From positions 60,865 through 124,864 of the forward strand of contig CAZFAM010000001.1 in the NCBI GenBank assembly GCA_964516425.1: a stretch of 64,000 nucleotides of DNA, in the 5' to 3' direction. The stretch comes from an uncultured Bacteroidales bacterium. GTDB lineage: Bacteria > Bacillota_I > Bacilli_A > ML615J-28 > CAG-698. A program made the position numbers and the translations under genes. Positions 10,131-18,645 of the stretch are shown in pieces (position 1 is the first letter of the stretch; each line of letters begins with the position of its first letter). The notes under the pieces were generated by a model that searched no databases, had not been told where the DNA came from, and was given only the letters and a program-made list of their open reading frames with translations.

Positions 10131-10880
10131 ATGAATTATGAAAAAATAATTGCAGTTAGAAAAGCAAAGACAATATATAAAGATAATGATAATTGTGTTA
10201 AACTATTTGATGCTGATTATTCAAAGGCTGATATTTTAAATGAAGCTTTAAATCAAGCTAGAGTTGAAGAATTACCAATTAATATTCCTGGTATTAAAAG
10301 TGTAACAACAATTGATGGTAAATGGGCTATAATAACTGAATATATAGAAGGAAAAACACTTGCTCAATTAATGGAAGAACATCCGGAAAAGAAAGATGAG
10401 TATTTAGAACAATTTGTGGATTTACAAATTATGGTTCAAAAAAATGTAAGTCCATTATTGACAAAATTAAAAGATAAAATGAATCGAAAAATTAAGTTAG
10501 CAGATATTAATTCTACAACTAAATACGATTTACATACAAGATTAGAAAGTATGCCTAAAGATAATAGTTTATGTCATGGTGATTTTAACCCTTCAAATAT
10601 TATTATTGGTAATGATGGTAAAGCATATATTATTGACTGGTCACATGCAACTCAAGGAAATCCTTGTGCTGATGTTGCTAGAACATATTTATTATTCACA
10701 TTAGCAAATGAAAAAGAACAAGCTGAAAAGTATTTAGATTTATTCTGTAAAAAAACAAAACATACAAAGAAAGATGTTCAAAGATGGTTACCAATCGTTG
10801 CTGCATCTCAATCTGTTAAAGGGAATAAAGAAGAAAGGGAATTTTTATTATCCTGGGTTAATGTAGTAGATTACGAATAA
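10131..10880 (+). CDS. phosphotransferase-family (APH/choline-kinase-fold) small kinase
   Basis: Contains the Brenner catalytic motif HGDFNPSNIII and IIDWSHA. It lies 12 nt after adhE and 18 nt before the sensory hydrogenase gene. Confidence 0.6.
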   Translation: MNYEKIIAVRKAKTIYKDNDNCVKLFDADYSKADILNEALNQARVEELPINIPGIKSVTTIDGKWAIITEYIEGKTLAQLMEEHPEKKDEYLEQFVDLQIMVQKNVSPLLTKLKDKMNRKIKLADINSTTKYDLHTRLESMPKDNSLCHGDFNPSNIIIGNDGKAYIIDWSHATQGNPCADVARTYLLFTLANEKEQAEKYLDLFCKKTKHTKKDVQRWLPIVAASQSVKGNKEEREFLLSWVNVVDYE

Positions 10881-10898
10881 AAAACATAGAGGTGCAAT

Positions 10899-12578
10899 AT
10901 GGGGAAGTATTTAACTTTTAAAAAATCAAATTGTAAAAATTGTTATAAATGTATAAGAAATTGTCCAATTAAAGCTATTAGGTTTTCCGCAAATCAAGCC
11001 TTAATAGAAGATGATGAATGCATATTGTGTGGTCAGTGTTTTGTCTCATGCCCCCAAAATGCGAAAGAAATTGTGGACGGAATAGAAAAAGCAAAATTAT
11101 TGATTGAAACTTCACATAAAGTAATTGCGAGTATTGCACCTTCTTTTATTGCTAATTTTAATGGCATAGGTATTAATAATTTAAAAACAGCTTTAAAAAA
11201 AATTGGATTTTATGATGTTGAAGAAACAGCTGTTGGTGCTACATATGTAAAGAATGAATATGATAGAATATTAAAAGAAGAACATCCTAATATATTGATT
11301 TCTTCTTGTTGTCATTCTATTAACTTATTAATTCAAAAACATTTTCCACAAGCTTTAAAGTATTTAGCAAAAGTAATGAGTCCAATGCAAGCCCATTGCA
11401 ATAGTATTAAGAAGCGTTATCCAGACGCAAAAACAATTTTTATTGGTCCTTGTGTTGCCAAAAAAGATGAAGGCGATCGTTATAAAGGAATAGTAGATTG
11501 CGTATTAACTTTTGAAGAATTATCTAAATGGTTAAATGAAAAAAATATTGTTATCGATAATGAACCATTTGAAGAAACAGAAAAAGGTAAAACAAGACTA
11601 TTTCCAACAACAGGGGGCATTTTAAAAACAATGGCATGTGATAATCCAGATTATAATTATATGGCTATTGATGGTGTTACTAATTGTATTGATGCATTAA
11701 AAGATATAGTTGATGGAAAAATAAAAAACTGTTTTATTGAAATGTCAGCGTGTGTTGGTAGCTGTGTAGCTGGACCAATAATTGAAAAGAAACATTATTC
11801 ATTTGTGCAAGATTATTTATTAGTAAACAATTATGCTGGTAAAAAAGATTTTAATGTTCAAAATGAAGATAGTGAGACATATGTTAAAACATTTGATCCA
11901 ATTTATGTAAAAAAGGATATGCCAACAGATTATGAAATAATGCAAATATTAAAGCAAATGGGAAAAACAAAGAAAAGTGATGAACTTAATTGTGGTAGTT
12001 GTGGCTATAATACATGTCGTGATAAGGCTATTGCTATATACCAAGGTAAAGCTGAAATATCAATGTGTTTACCTTTCTTAAAAGAAAAAGCAGAAAGTTT
12101 TTCTGATTGTATTGTTAATAATACTCCTAATGCTTTAATTGTGTTGAACGAAATGTTTGAGGTCCAACAAATCAATGCTTCCGCAAAACAATTATTCAAT
12201 ATTCGTCATGAATCAGATATATTAGGTGAACAAATAGTGAGATTATTAGATCCTATACCTTTTATAAAAGTATTAGATTCTAAACAAAATTTAATTAATA
12301 AAAAAATATATTTATCAGATTATAAAAAATATGTGGAAGAAACTATAATTTATGATGACACATATCATTTGTTAATATGTTTATTACGTGATATTACTGA
12401 AATGACATTAGAAAAAGCAAAAAAAGAAGAAATCAGTAAACAAACAGTAGAAATTGCAGACAAAGTCGTTAACAAGCAAATGCGTATTGTACAAGAAATA
12501 GCTTCTTTATTAGGTGAAACAACTGCAGAAACAAAAATAGCATTAACAAAATTAAAGGAGTCAATTAAGAATGAATAA
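10899..12578 (+). CDS. putative sensory [FeFe]-hydrogenase with C-terminal PAS domain (HydS/HfsB-like)
   Basis: Two N-terminal ferredoxin-type CxxCxxCxxxCP motifs. The H-cluster domain has variant motifs: SSCCHSI (L1), GPCVAKKDE (L2) and EMSACVGSCVAGP (L3). A C-terminal PAS-like domain of about 150 aa follows. RBS agaggtg. Confidence 0.75.
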   Translation: MGKYLTFKKSNCKNCYKCIRNCPIKAIRFSANQALIEDDECILCGQCFVSCPQNAKEIVDGIEKAKLLIETSHKVIASIAPSFIANFNGIGINNLKTALKKIGFYDVEETAVGATYVKNEYDRILKEEHPNILISSCCHSINLLIQKHFPQALKYLAKVMSPMQAHCNSIKKRYPDAKTIFIGPCVAKKDEGDRYKGIVDCVLTFEELSKWLNEKNIVIDNEPFEETEKGKTRLFPTTGGILKTMACDNPDYNYMAIDGVTNCIDALKDIVDGKIKNCFIEMSACVGSCVAGPIIEKKHYSFVQDYLLVNNYAGKKDFNVQNEDSETYVKTFDPIYVKKDMPTDYEIMQILKQMGKTKKSDELNCGSCGYNTCRDKAIAIYQGKAEISMCLPFLKEKAESFSDCIVNNTPNALIVLNEMFEVQQINASAKQLFNIRHESDILGEQIVRLLDPIPFIKVLDSKQNLINKKIYLSDYKKYVEETIIYDDTYHLLICLLRDITEMTLEKAKKEEISKQTVEIADKVVNKQMRIVQEIASLLGETTAETKIALTKLKESIKNE

Positions 12579-13743
12579 TTTGTGCTCTGATATTGGCTAT
12601 AAAAGTATTAATCATTTTGGAGAAGAATTATGTGGAGATCATATTGAATGTGTTGAACAAGAAGATGGTTCCACAATTCTTGTTTTAGCAGATGGTATGG
12701 GCAGTGGAGTAAAAGCAAGTATTCTTTCAACTTTAACATCGAAAATTATTTCCACAATGATTTCTGAAGGCTTATCACTTGAGTCTTGTGTGGAAACAAT
12801 AGCTGCTACTTTACCAATATGTTCTGTTAGAGGAGTTGCCTATTCCACTTTCTCTATTATTCATTTAATTAAAAATGAAGAAGTAGAATTGATTCAATAC
12901 GATAATCCTTTAATAATCTTTTTAAGAAATGGTGAAGTATTTGATTATCCCAAAACAGAAATTGTAATTGGCGGTAAGAAAATATTTAAATCAATTATTA
13001 AATTACAAGAAAATGATTTGATTGCTGCGATGAGTGATGGATGTCCTTATGCAGGAAAAGATAATTTATATAATTATAAATGGAATATAGAAGAAATATC
13101 TGAATATTTAGTGAGTGCTAATTGCGGTGGATATACAGCTAAAACATTGGCAACAATGATAGTTAATGAATGTGATAGATTATATGGCAATAAACCAACA
13201 GATGATGCTACAGCGTGTGTTATAAAAATTAGAAAACGCGAGCAAGTGAATATTTTGTTTGGTCCTCCATCGGATAAAAATGATTGTGAGCGAATGCTTT
13301 CATTGTTTTTATCAAAAGAAGGAAAACATATCGTTTGTGGTGGTACAACATCCGCATTAACCGCAAAATATTTAGGTAAAAAAATCAATACGAATTTTGA
13401 TAGTGCTTCAAATGATATACCACCAATATCAGAAATTGAAGGTTTAGATTTGGTGACAGAAGGTGTAGTGACAATGAATCGAGTTGTGGAATACGCTAAG
13501 GATTATGTTGAAGATAATAAAAGATATGATGAATGGTGTTTTAATAGAGATGGTGCTTCATTACTTAGCAGAATGTTATTTGAAGAAGCAACTGATATAA
13601 ATCTAATTGTGGGTAAGGCAATCAATCCCGCTCACCAAAATCCTAATCTACCTATTAATTTCAATTTGAAGATGAGTATTGTGGGAGAATTATCAAAATA
13701 TTTAAAAAAGATGGGGAAAACAGTTAAAGTAAACTATTTTTAG
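12571..13743 (+). CDS. PP2C-type Ser/Thr phosphatase (SpoIIE/RsbU-like) with extra C-terminal domain
   Basis: Contains the PP2C metal-binding motif LADGMGSG and later aspartates (DGCPY, TDDATACV). Its start overlaps the hydrogenase stop (ATGAATAA). Confidence 0.7.
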   Translation: MNNLCSDIGYKSINHFGEELCGDHIECVEQEDGSTILVLADGMGSGVKASILSTLTSKIISTMISEGLSLESCVETIAATLPICSVRGVAYSTFSIIHLIKNEEVELIQYDNPLIIFLRNGEVFDYPKTEIVIGGKKIFKSIIKLQENDLIAAMSDGCPYAGKDNLYNYKWNIEEISEYLVSANCGGYTAKTLATMIVNECDRLYGNKPTDDATACVIKIRKREQVNILFGPPSDKNDCERMLSLFLSKEGKHIVCGGTTSALTAKYLGKKINTNFDSASNDIPPISEIEGLDLVTEGVVTMNRVVEYAKDYVEDNKRYDEWCFNRDGASLLSRMLFEEATDINLIVGKAINPAHQNPNLPINFNLKMSIVGELSKYLKKMGKTVKVNYF

Positions 13744-13752
13744 GTGAAGTGA

Positions 13753-15177
13753 ATGAAAAAATTTGATACTAATGTTCAGTATTTAAAATATCGAGTATTA
13801 ACAGAAGTTGCTATAGAAACATGGAATAATACGTTGCAAGAAAATGTGTTAGATATTCCTAAAAGAATAATACCCGGAAAAGTTCCCACAATGCGTTGTT
13901 GTGTATATAAAGAAAGAGCAATAATCCAGGAACGTGTTAAAATGGCATTAGGTGGAAATAAAAAAAATCATAATATAATCGAAGTTATAGATATTGCTTG
14001 TGATGAATGTCCAATGAGTGGTTATAATGTAACAACCGCATGTCGTGGGTGTTTAGCACATCGTTGTATGGATGCGTGTAAGAAAAATGCAATTACAATG
14101 GATAACAATCATGTTGCTCACATTGATAAAACAAAATGTATAGAATGTGGAGCATGTGCCAAGGTGTGTCCATATAGTGCTATTTATAATTCAAAGCGCC
14201 CTTGTGAAGCAGCTTGTAAAGTAAAAGCAATTTCTATGGGGGAAGATCATGCTGCTACAATTAATGATGAAAAATGTATTGCTTGTGGTGCATGTGTTTA
14301 TCAATGTCCTTTCGGAGCAATTTCTGATAAATCATATATTACTAATGCTATTGATATTATAAAGAAAAGTGAAGGAAATAAAAATTATAAAGTATATGCC
14401 TTAGTTGCTCCATCAATATCTAGTCAATTTGTTTATGCAAAATTAGGTCAAGTAATAACTGCGTTAAAGGTATTAGGATTTTATGATGTTATAGAAGTTG
14501 CATTAGGCGCTGATATGGTGGCAAATAAAGAAGCAAAAGAATTGGTTGAAAAGCAGTTTTTAACAAGTAGTTGTTGTCCATCTTTTGTTAAATATGTTCA
14601 AAATGAATTTCCTACTCTTGCCCCATATATTTCTCATAATTTATCGCCAATGGCAACGATTGCCAAATATATGAAGGAAAAAGAAGAAAATATTAAAATT
14701 ATATTTATAGGACCTTGTACCTCAAAAAAGAAAGAAATACAATTAGATTCTGTTAAAGAATATGTTGATGTTGTTTTAACATTTGAGGAATTACAAGCTT
14801 TAATTGATAGTAAAAATATTGATATTACAACACTTGAAGAAACAAAAATTAATGATGCTTCATATTTTGGCCGCATTTTTGCAAAATCAGGAGGATTAAT
14901 AGAAGCAGTTAAACAAAGTTTAGTAGAAAATAATTTAACTGATTTCAATTTAAAACCGATTGCTTGTGATGGTATTGAATCATGTAAAAAAACTTTATTA
15001 TTAAAGAATAAAAATCTTTTAGATGCTAATTTTATTGAAGGTATGGCTTGCGTTGGTGGATGCAATGGTGGAGCAGGATGCTTGACTCATGGAGAAAAAA
15101 ATACATTTCTAGTTGATAAATATAGTAAAGAAGCCAATAAATCTACAATTAAGGAAGCAATAAATCAGAAGATATAA
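13753..15177 (+). CDS. [FeFe]-hydrogenase-like protein with multiple 4Fe-4S ferredoxin motifs (HfsD / group-C/D-like)
   Basis: Cys-rich N-terminus (CDECP..C..C), two CxxCxxCxxxCP motifs and H-cluster motifs TSSCCPSF, GPCTSKKKE and EGMACVGGCNGGAGC. RBS aggtgaagtg. Confidence 0.7.
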   Translation: MKKFDTNVQYLKYRVLTEVAIETWNNTLQENVLDIPKRIIPGKVPTMRCCVYKERAIIQERVKMALGGNKKNHNIIEVIDIACDECPMSGYNVTTACRGCLAHRCMDACKKNAITMDNNHVAHIDKTKCIECGACAKVCPYSAIYNSKRPCEAACKVKAISMGEDHAATINDEKCIACGACVYQCPFGAISDKSYITNAIDIIKKSEGNKNYKVYALVAPSISSQFVYAKLGQVITALKVLGFYDVIEVALGADMVANKEAKELVEKQFLTSSCCPSFVKYVQNEFPTLAPYISHNLSPMATIAKYMKEKEENIKIIFIGPCTSKKKEIQLDSVKEYVDVVLTFEELQALIDSKNIDITTLEETKINDASYFGRIFAKSGGLIEAVKQSLVENNLTDFNLKPIACDGIESCKKTLLLKNKNLLDANFIEGMACVGGCNGGAGCLTHGEKNTFLVDKYSKEANKSTIKEAINQKI

Positions 15178-15202
15178 TATAGATTAATATGAAATAAGAA
15201 AA

Positions 15203-15236
15203 AGATGTAGAGTTATTGGCTCTACATCTATTTTTG
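15203..15236. terminator. bidirectional rho-independent terminator between convergent genes
   Basis: A perfect 10-bp stem (agatgtagag with ctctacatct) flanks the loop ttattgg and is followed by atttttg. Confidence 0.7.
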
Positions 15237-15255
15237 ATTAAATTGTAAATTATAA

Positions 15256-16593
15256 TTAATTATACACTAATTCATAATTAGGATGGCAATATCCAGAAAT
15301 TGTATTATAGTCTAAAGAGTATGTTCTTTGTGCAACCATATTAGAAGTATTTCCTTCAATTGTATATACATTTTCATTATCTGCTCTAACTACAATACCA
15401 ATATGGCTTGCTCCATTTTCGCCAAAAATAATTAAATCTCCAGGAACAGGAGTATATTCTTCTTTAAGAAAGAAGCGGTCAATTATTTTGAAATTTTTTT
15501 GAAATACAGTTACGGAAATGCTTCTAGGAATAATATGTTTTGAAATTCCCGCATTGTTTGCACACCAAGAAACAAATGTTGCACACCACGCTTCATAATT
15601 ACAATAATTCCATTCACCATATTTTGTGTCATTATTATTTGTTAATTCTCTATATCCTTCTTCAGCTAATGCAACTTCTAAAAGTTTTGTTACATAATCT
15701 CGTTTTCGATAACCAGTTACTTCAACAATTATTTTTCCTGTTGTGATTTTGTTTGATGAATCTTTTGATGAAATAGTAACTATTGCTTTCCCTGGTTGAA
15801 TTCCCATAAATAGTCCTGTATCGGAAATCATTAAGATATCTTCATTATTGCAAGCATAATGGTATCGTTGTAGATTATTTGCATCAACAATCGTTAATTG
15901 TTCATCTTTACTGGCATCAATAATGAAATTATTGTCTTCGAAATAAGTAATTAACGGCGTATTATCAGGTTCTCCACTTGTTGTTTTATCATTACTTTGC
16001 AAACCAACATAAACTATTGTTTCCCCAATGTTACTTGGATATTTGATTTGTTTAACATAAACTTTGGCTTGTCCATTTTTTAATGCTTTTATTTTATAAT
16101 CAGATGTTAATTCTAACACAGTTTCATCAGAAACTGAAAATTCAAATTCCTCAATACTTGTAGCTCCAACGCTAGCCATATTTTCAAGTTTTAAATCTAA
16201 ATATTGGCCAATTAGTAAACCATTAGTATTAAGTTCAAAACGTAAAATACTTTGTTTATAGTTATTGCTATCATTTACATTTACTGTAAAATAAGCGATA
16301 ATTGATTCATCTTGATTACTAATTTTAATAATAGCTGTTCCACCATCTAAACCAGTAACTGAGTCTTTATCAATTGCAATAATTGATGAAGTAGAAGTGA
16401 TTAATAAATCACTATAGTCTCCAATACCATCATAACTGATAGGAATAAATTCTGTTTCACCTATATTAATTGCAACTGATTCATAATCTAATTCAATAAA
16501 TGTAATGTCTTGGCTTTGAGGATTGTTTGTACATCCATACACCAATAAACAAAGAATAAAAACTAATAAAATGTAAATTTTTTTCATACGCAC
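15256..16593 (-). CDS. lipoprotein with Ig-like (Big_2-type) repeats and C-terminal CHAP-domain peptidoglycan hydrolase
   Basis: Signal peptide plus lipobox LLVYGC. The C-terminus carries a CHAP catalytic Cys (WCATFVSWC) and His (GASHIGIVV). Confidence 0.7.
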   Translation of the reverse strand: MRMKKIYILLVFILCLLVYGCTNNPQSQDITFIELDYESVAINIGETEFIPISYDGIGDYSDLLITSTSSIIAIDKDSVTGLDGGTAIIKISNQDESIIAYFTVNVNDSNNYKQSILRFELNTNGLLIGQYLDLKLENMASVGATSIEEFEFSVSDETVLELTSDYKIKALKNGQAKVYVKQIKYPSNIGETIVYVGLQSNDKTTSGEPDNTPLITYFEDNNFIIDASKDEQLTIVDANNLQRYHYACNNEDILMISDTGLFMGIQPGKAIVTISSKDSSNKITTGKIIVEVTGYRKRDYVTKLLEVALAEEGYRELTNNNDTKYGEWNYCNYEAWCATFVSWCANNAGISKHIIPRSISVTVFQKNFKIIDRFFLKEEYTPVPGDLIIFGENGASHIGIVVRADNENVYTIEGNTSNMVAQRTYSLDYNTISGYCHPNYELVYN

Positions 16594-16656
16594 CTCTCTA
16601 TAAATATATTATAACAAATTGTAATAGTTTTGTTAAGATATAAAAAATGGTAATTA

Positions 16657-16920
16657 TTAGTATGTAAATGTATATAGTTCTTTTTGAATGTCAAAATCTT
16701 GAAGTGTTTTATATAAATAAAATTTAAACTGTGAGAATTCATTAATGAAAGTTTGTTTATCAATAAAGTATTTGACATTTTTACTAATTACAAGTATGCT
16801 ATTATTTTTAAGAATATAAAAAGCATATGTATGATCATATGTTACTCTTAACAAAACATATTCATGTAAACTGCGTAATCCTGTTTGAATATCTAAAATT
16901 AAATTTTCCATTTGCTTCAC
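16657..16920 (-). CDS. hypothetical protein (87 aa)
   Basis: ORF with the RBS-like sequence aaaggtgaagcaaatg on the reverse-complement strand. No recognisable motif. Confidence 0.35.
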   Translation of the reverse strand: MKQMENLILDIQTGLRSLHEYVLLRVTYDHTYAFYILKNNSILVISKNVKYFIDKQTFINEFSQFKFYLYKTLQDFDIQKELYTFTY

Positions 16921-16996
16921 CTTTAAAAAAATTATAACATAAAAAAGTATTTAAGTAAATTTAAAAATGTGATATACTATTAAAAAGGAGAATAAT

Positions 16997-17221
16997 ATGC
17001 TTGATGTCATTTTAACAATATGGTTTTTTATTATACTTATTCCCACAATTTATTTGATGTATGTTTCTTTACAATGTTTTGATTATGAAAAAATATTACG
17101 TAGGGGAAAAGTTAAAGAATTAAAAATTGTTTTATTTATCGTTAGTGTTGGTTTTGCATTTTTATTTTCACAATGTTTTATAACAATAATTGAACGAATT
17201 GTGGAAATAGTTCAAAAATAA
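16997..17221 (+). CDS. small membrane protein (74 aa, 2 TM)
   Basis: Strong RBS aaaggag; hydrophobic protein. Confidence 0.45.
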   Translation: MLDVILTIWFFIILIPTIYLMYVSLQCFDYEKILRRGKVKELKIVLFIVSVGFAFLFSQCFITIIERIVEIVQK

Positions 17222-17269
17222 TTGTATAAAAAAATTCACTTTGTAAATAATAATTACGAGGTGAATTAA

Positions 17270-17950
17270 ATGAAAAAATGGTTAAAAAGTTTAGATAAAG
17301 AACAAATACAAAGAATTGTATTTGTGGGATTATTAGTTTTAGTTTTCTCAGCATTTTTTATTTCCTTAAGCATTGCTAAGAGCAATGAAAAGAATCCGGA
17401 TAATCAAGATCCGATTGTAGATGATGGAAATAATAATAACAATCCAAATCCGGATGACAATAAAGAAACTCCACAACCCGAAACTCCTACTGAAGAGTCA
17501 ATGGGATTACCAATTAAAGGGGATTTTGTTGTTGTAAGGAAATTTTATGATCCATCATACACTGATGAAAATTTAGAATTAGCTGTTATTCAATATGGTA
17601 AAAAATATTATACAAGTAAAGGTATTGCTTTAACTGCTGTAAGCAAAGAAGATACAAGTGTATGTAGTGTATTATCTGGTGAAGTAACAAATGTTCAAGA
17701 AAATCCGATTTATGGTGTTGTTGTAACAATTAAACATGATGACAATACTTATACAGAATATAGTAGTTTATCAAAGGCAACAGTTAAAGTTGGTGATATT
17801 TTAAATCAAGGTGATGTTATTGGTACTACAGGTGTTTGCGAGTTTGATAGTTCATTAGATTCACATGTCTTTTTCAAAGTTGTAAGCAATAATGTGTCTC
17901 TTGATCCAGAAACTGTTGTTGGAAAAACATTATCTACTATTGGAAAATAA
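17270..17950 (+). CDS. membrane-anchored degenerate LytM/M23-like domain protein (SpoIIQ-like?)
   Basis: N-terminal TM, an Asn/Pro-rich linker and a C-terminal LytM-like beta domain. The HxxxD metal ligands appear replaced (KFYDPSY) and HxH is replaced by SHVFF. RBS gaggtg. Confidence 0.5.
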   Translation: MKKWLKSLDKEQIQRIVFVGLLVLVFSAFFISLSIAKSNEKNPDNQDPIVDDGNNNNNPNPDDNKETPQPETPTEESMGLPIKGDFVVVRKFYDPSYTDENLELAVIQYGKKYYTSKGIALTAVSKEDTSVCSVLSGEVTNVQENPIYGVVVTIKHDDNTYTEYSSLSKATVKVGDILNQGDVIGTTGVCEFDSSLDSHVFFKVVSNNVSLDPETVVGKTLSTIGK

Positions 17951-17953
17951 AAA

Positions 17954-17982
17954 ATCATATCAATGCGATATGATTTTTTTTA
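17954..17982. terminator. bidirectional terminator hairpin
   Basis: Stems atcatatc and gatatgat flank the loop aatgc and are followed by ttttttttt. Confidence 0.6.
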
Positions 17983-18645
17983 TGATAAAGTTTTAATTAT
18001 ATTAAAATTACAATAATATATTAAGTTTATAAAATTTATTACAATATTAATTCCTAAAACAATTATTAAATAAGGAAACAAATTAAGATTTAACAATGCA
18101 TATTTAAGTGTTTCCCCAGTCGTTAATTCTTTGTTAATGTTTTGAATAAATGCAAAAATATATTTATTAAAAAACAAAATTGCAATTAGTAATAAAAGCA
18201 AAATTACTTTTTTAAATATTTTTTGATATTTAAAGTATAAAGAATATGTAGAAGCTATACTAAAAATAGATATTGCAAACAAGAATATAACAATCATAAA
18301 TTGTATATTAAATGCACTATTATTTATAGCAAGTTTCATAATAGATAAAATTATTGTACAAATAAAAGCAATGCCTATATTCCAAATAAGTATCGATAAT
18401 GAATAAATCAAACGATTATTTTGTAAAAAAGCATATGTTTTTCCAAAACCACCATATAAAGTTGCTGCAAGAAAAGCAATAAATAACACAGATAATAAAA
18501 TAATAGAAGAACCTGTATAATATTTTAGATTATTATCAAATGGAATAAAAAGTAATAAAGATAAAGCTGTTAAACAAGATAGTGAAACAATTACAATCTT
18601 TTTTACATTATTAAATTGGATTTTTAAAATACTAGTCAATTCCAT
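17980..18645 (-). CDS. polytopic membrane protein (about 6 TM), likely permease partner of the adjacent ABC-like ATPase
   Basis: Highly hydrophobic 221-aa protein. Its start overlaps the stop of the upstream ABC-like gene. Confidence 0.5.
   Translation of the reverse strand: MELTSILKIQFNNVKKIVIVSLSCLTALSLLLFIPFDNNLKYYTGSSIILLSVLFIAFLAATLYGGFGKTYAFLQNNRLIYSLSILIWNIGIAFICTIILSIMKLAINNSAFNIQFMIVIFLFAISIFSIASTYSLYFKYQKIFKKVILLLLLIAILFFNKYIFAFIQNINKELTTGETLKYALLNLNLFPYLIIVLGINIVINFINLIYYCNFNIIKTLS

Noticed and set aside
12005-12199. 64-aa minus-strand ORF inside the PAS-hydrogenase gene
   Set aside because: Shadow ORF.
13074-13388. 104-aa minus-strand ORF inside the PP2C gene
   Set aside because: Shadow ORF.
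14634-15065. 143-aa minus-strand ORF inside the second hydrogenase-like gene
   Set aside because: Shadow ORF in an AT-rich coding region.
15540-15746. 68-aa plus-strand ORF inside the CHAP lipoprotein gene
   Set aside because: Shadow ORF with low-complexity Leu/His-rich product.
16584-16778. 64-aa minus-strand ORF overlapping the 87-aa hypothetical
   Set aside because: It overlaps another small ORF and has no RBS. At most one of the two is real; I kept the one with an RBS.
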